DNA from: the human T2T-CHM13v2.0 reference genome, Homo sapiens | Assembly: GCF_009914755.1 (NCBI RefSeq) | Contig: NC_060926.1 | Strand: one strand, 5' to 3' | Length of the DNA: 64,000 nt | Shown here: piece by piece, positions 62,600 through 64,000 of the stretch | Layout: each line of letters starts with the position of its first letter | Numbering within the stretch: position 1 is the first letter of the stretch | Position numbers and translations under genes: made by a program | Notes under the pieces: generated by a model | Seen by the model: the letters and a program-made list of their open reading frames with translations, nothing else | Database searches by the model: none | Told to the model about the DNA's origin: nothing

Positions 62600-63153
62600 A
62601 CATGGGAACTCCAGAATAGTTATGCTCAGCAAAGACACCGAGGTAGAAGGCAGGATGCAGATTTTGCTTATGTGTTTGTCCTCTGGGAAATAGTGCTTCT
62701 TCTCTGTCTTCAATTACAAAAGTTTCACAGAACAATTGTTACCTATGGATAGTACCTGTGGATAAACCTTATTATCTGTGGTGCGCCGCTATCTTAGTCT
62801 AGCCTAGCCTAGGGATTGATTGAGTTGATTTCTCAACCTATTAAAAAATCCTGACCCATAGAGGTCATCTCTGAGTAACACTCCATAATTTAGGAAAATA
62901 TGTGAGTATCATAAAATATTATGGCTTAGGGAAAATTCCTTCTTGGCAATTCAAGAGGGTGGCAACTGTGAGGAAAGGAGCGACTGCCCCCAGAAGAAGG
63001 GAGGGAACAGGTCAGAGGGTAGACGTTGGGTCCTTGAGGACAAAGGTGAGGCAAGGTGGCCAGGACCAGATGGTTGTGACTAAGGAACTTTCAGGAAAAG
63101 CGGTATCCAGTGTTGAGATTTCATTAGCTCCTGTCCCACCTTTTGTTGCCCTA

Positions 63154-63388
<235 letters not shown>

Positions 63389-63546
63389 TTTTGAATGAGA
63401 TTTTGAAAATTGTGATGAAAGCTATGGGCTCTATTAAATTAATTTTAAGGATATCCAATAAATGTGAAAATCTTTTTAAAAGTGACTTTAAGCAAACAGT
63501 ACTGCTGCACATTTTGTTTACTTTGCACATCAGGAAAAATATTCTC

Positions 63547-64000
63547 TTTTTTTAGACAGGGTCTTGCTCTGTCGCCCAGGCTGGACAGGCTGGAGTGCAG
63601 TGGCAAAATCAGCTCACTGAAACCTCTAACTCAGGGGTGTCCAATCTTTTGGCTTCCCTGGGCCACGTTGGAAGAAGAATTGTCTTGGGCCACACATAAA
63701 ACACACTAACACTAACAATAGCTGATGAGGTAAAAAAGAAAATCACACAAAAAGAATCTCATAATGTTTTAAGAAAGTTTACTGATTTGTATTGGATCGC
63801 ATTCAAAGCTGTTTTGGGCCTCATGTGGCCCTCAGGCCGGGGGTTGGACAAGCTTGCTCTAACTCCTGGGCTCAAGAGATCTTCCCACCTCAGCTTCCTG
63901 AGTAGCTGGGACTACAGGCACGTGCTACCATGCCCAGCTGATTTTTTTTGTTTTGTTTTTAATAGAGACGTGGTCTCACTATGTCACCTAGACTGGTCTT
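63547..64000 (-). mobile_element. Alu SINE (AluJ-type) interrupted by MER30; runs off the window
   Basis: Antisense Alu resumes exactly after the TSD CTCTAACT. Confidence 0.92.
63632..63856 (+). mobile_element. MER30 hAT-Charlie MITE
   Basis: CAGGGGTGTCCAATCTTTTGG...GGTTGGACAAGCTTG; perfect 8-bp TSD CTCTAACT. Confidence 0.95.

Overview
Non-coding, repeat-rich primate nuclear DNA (human-like: AluJ/S/Y, THE1, MER41, LTR10, L1PA16). I find no recognisable intact protein-coding gene, tRNA, CRISPR array or prokaryotic system. The ORFs in the track are mostly Alu/L1/LTR/microsatellite read-throughs or decayed Tigger1 transposase. The window holds about 45 Alu copies or fragments, a near full-length Tigger1, an internally deleted Zaphod, several MITEs, solo LTRs (LTR19-like, MER41A with a nested LTR10C, THE1, MLT1), many old L1/L2/MIR pieces and a ~255 bp NUMT of mitochondrial 12S rRNA. 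The most notable structures are: a ~170 bp inverted duplication of local sequence (15817-16574); a 36-bp-stem fold-back hairpin inside an Alu (47126-47210); a twin-primed, 3'-transducing L1PA16 with an intact TSD (53455-56255); four same-strand NR5A/ERR motifs in 280 bp (33269-33548); and a candidate terminal exon with a Kozak-strong 51-aa smORF and a canonical poly(A) site (7710-8140). I cannot support a new biological system here. Repeat family names come from recalled consensus sequences, and boundaries of old elements are approximate.
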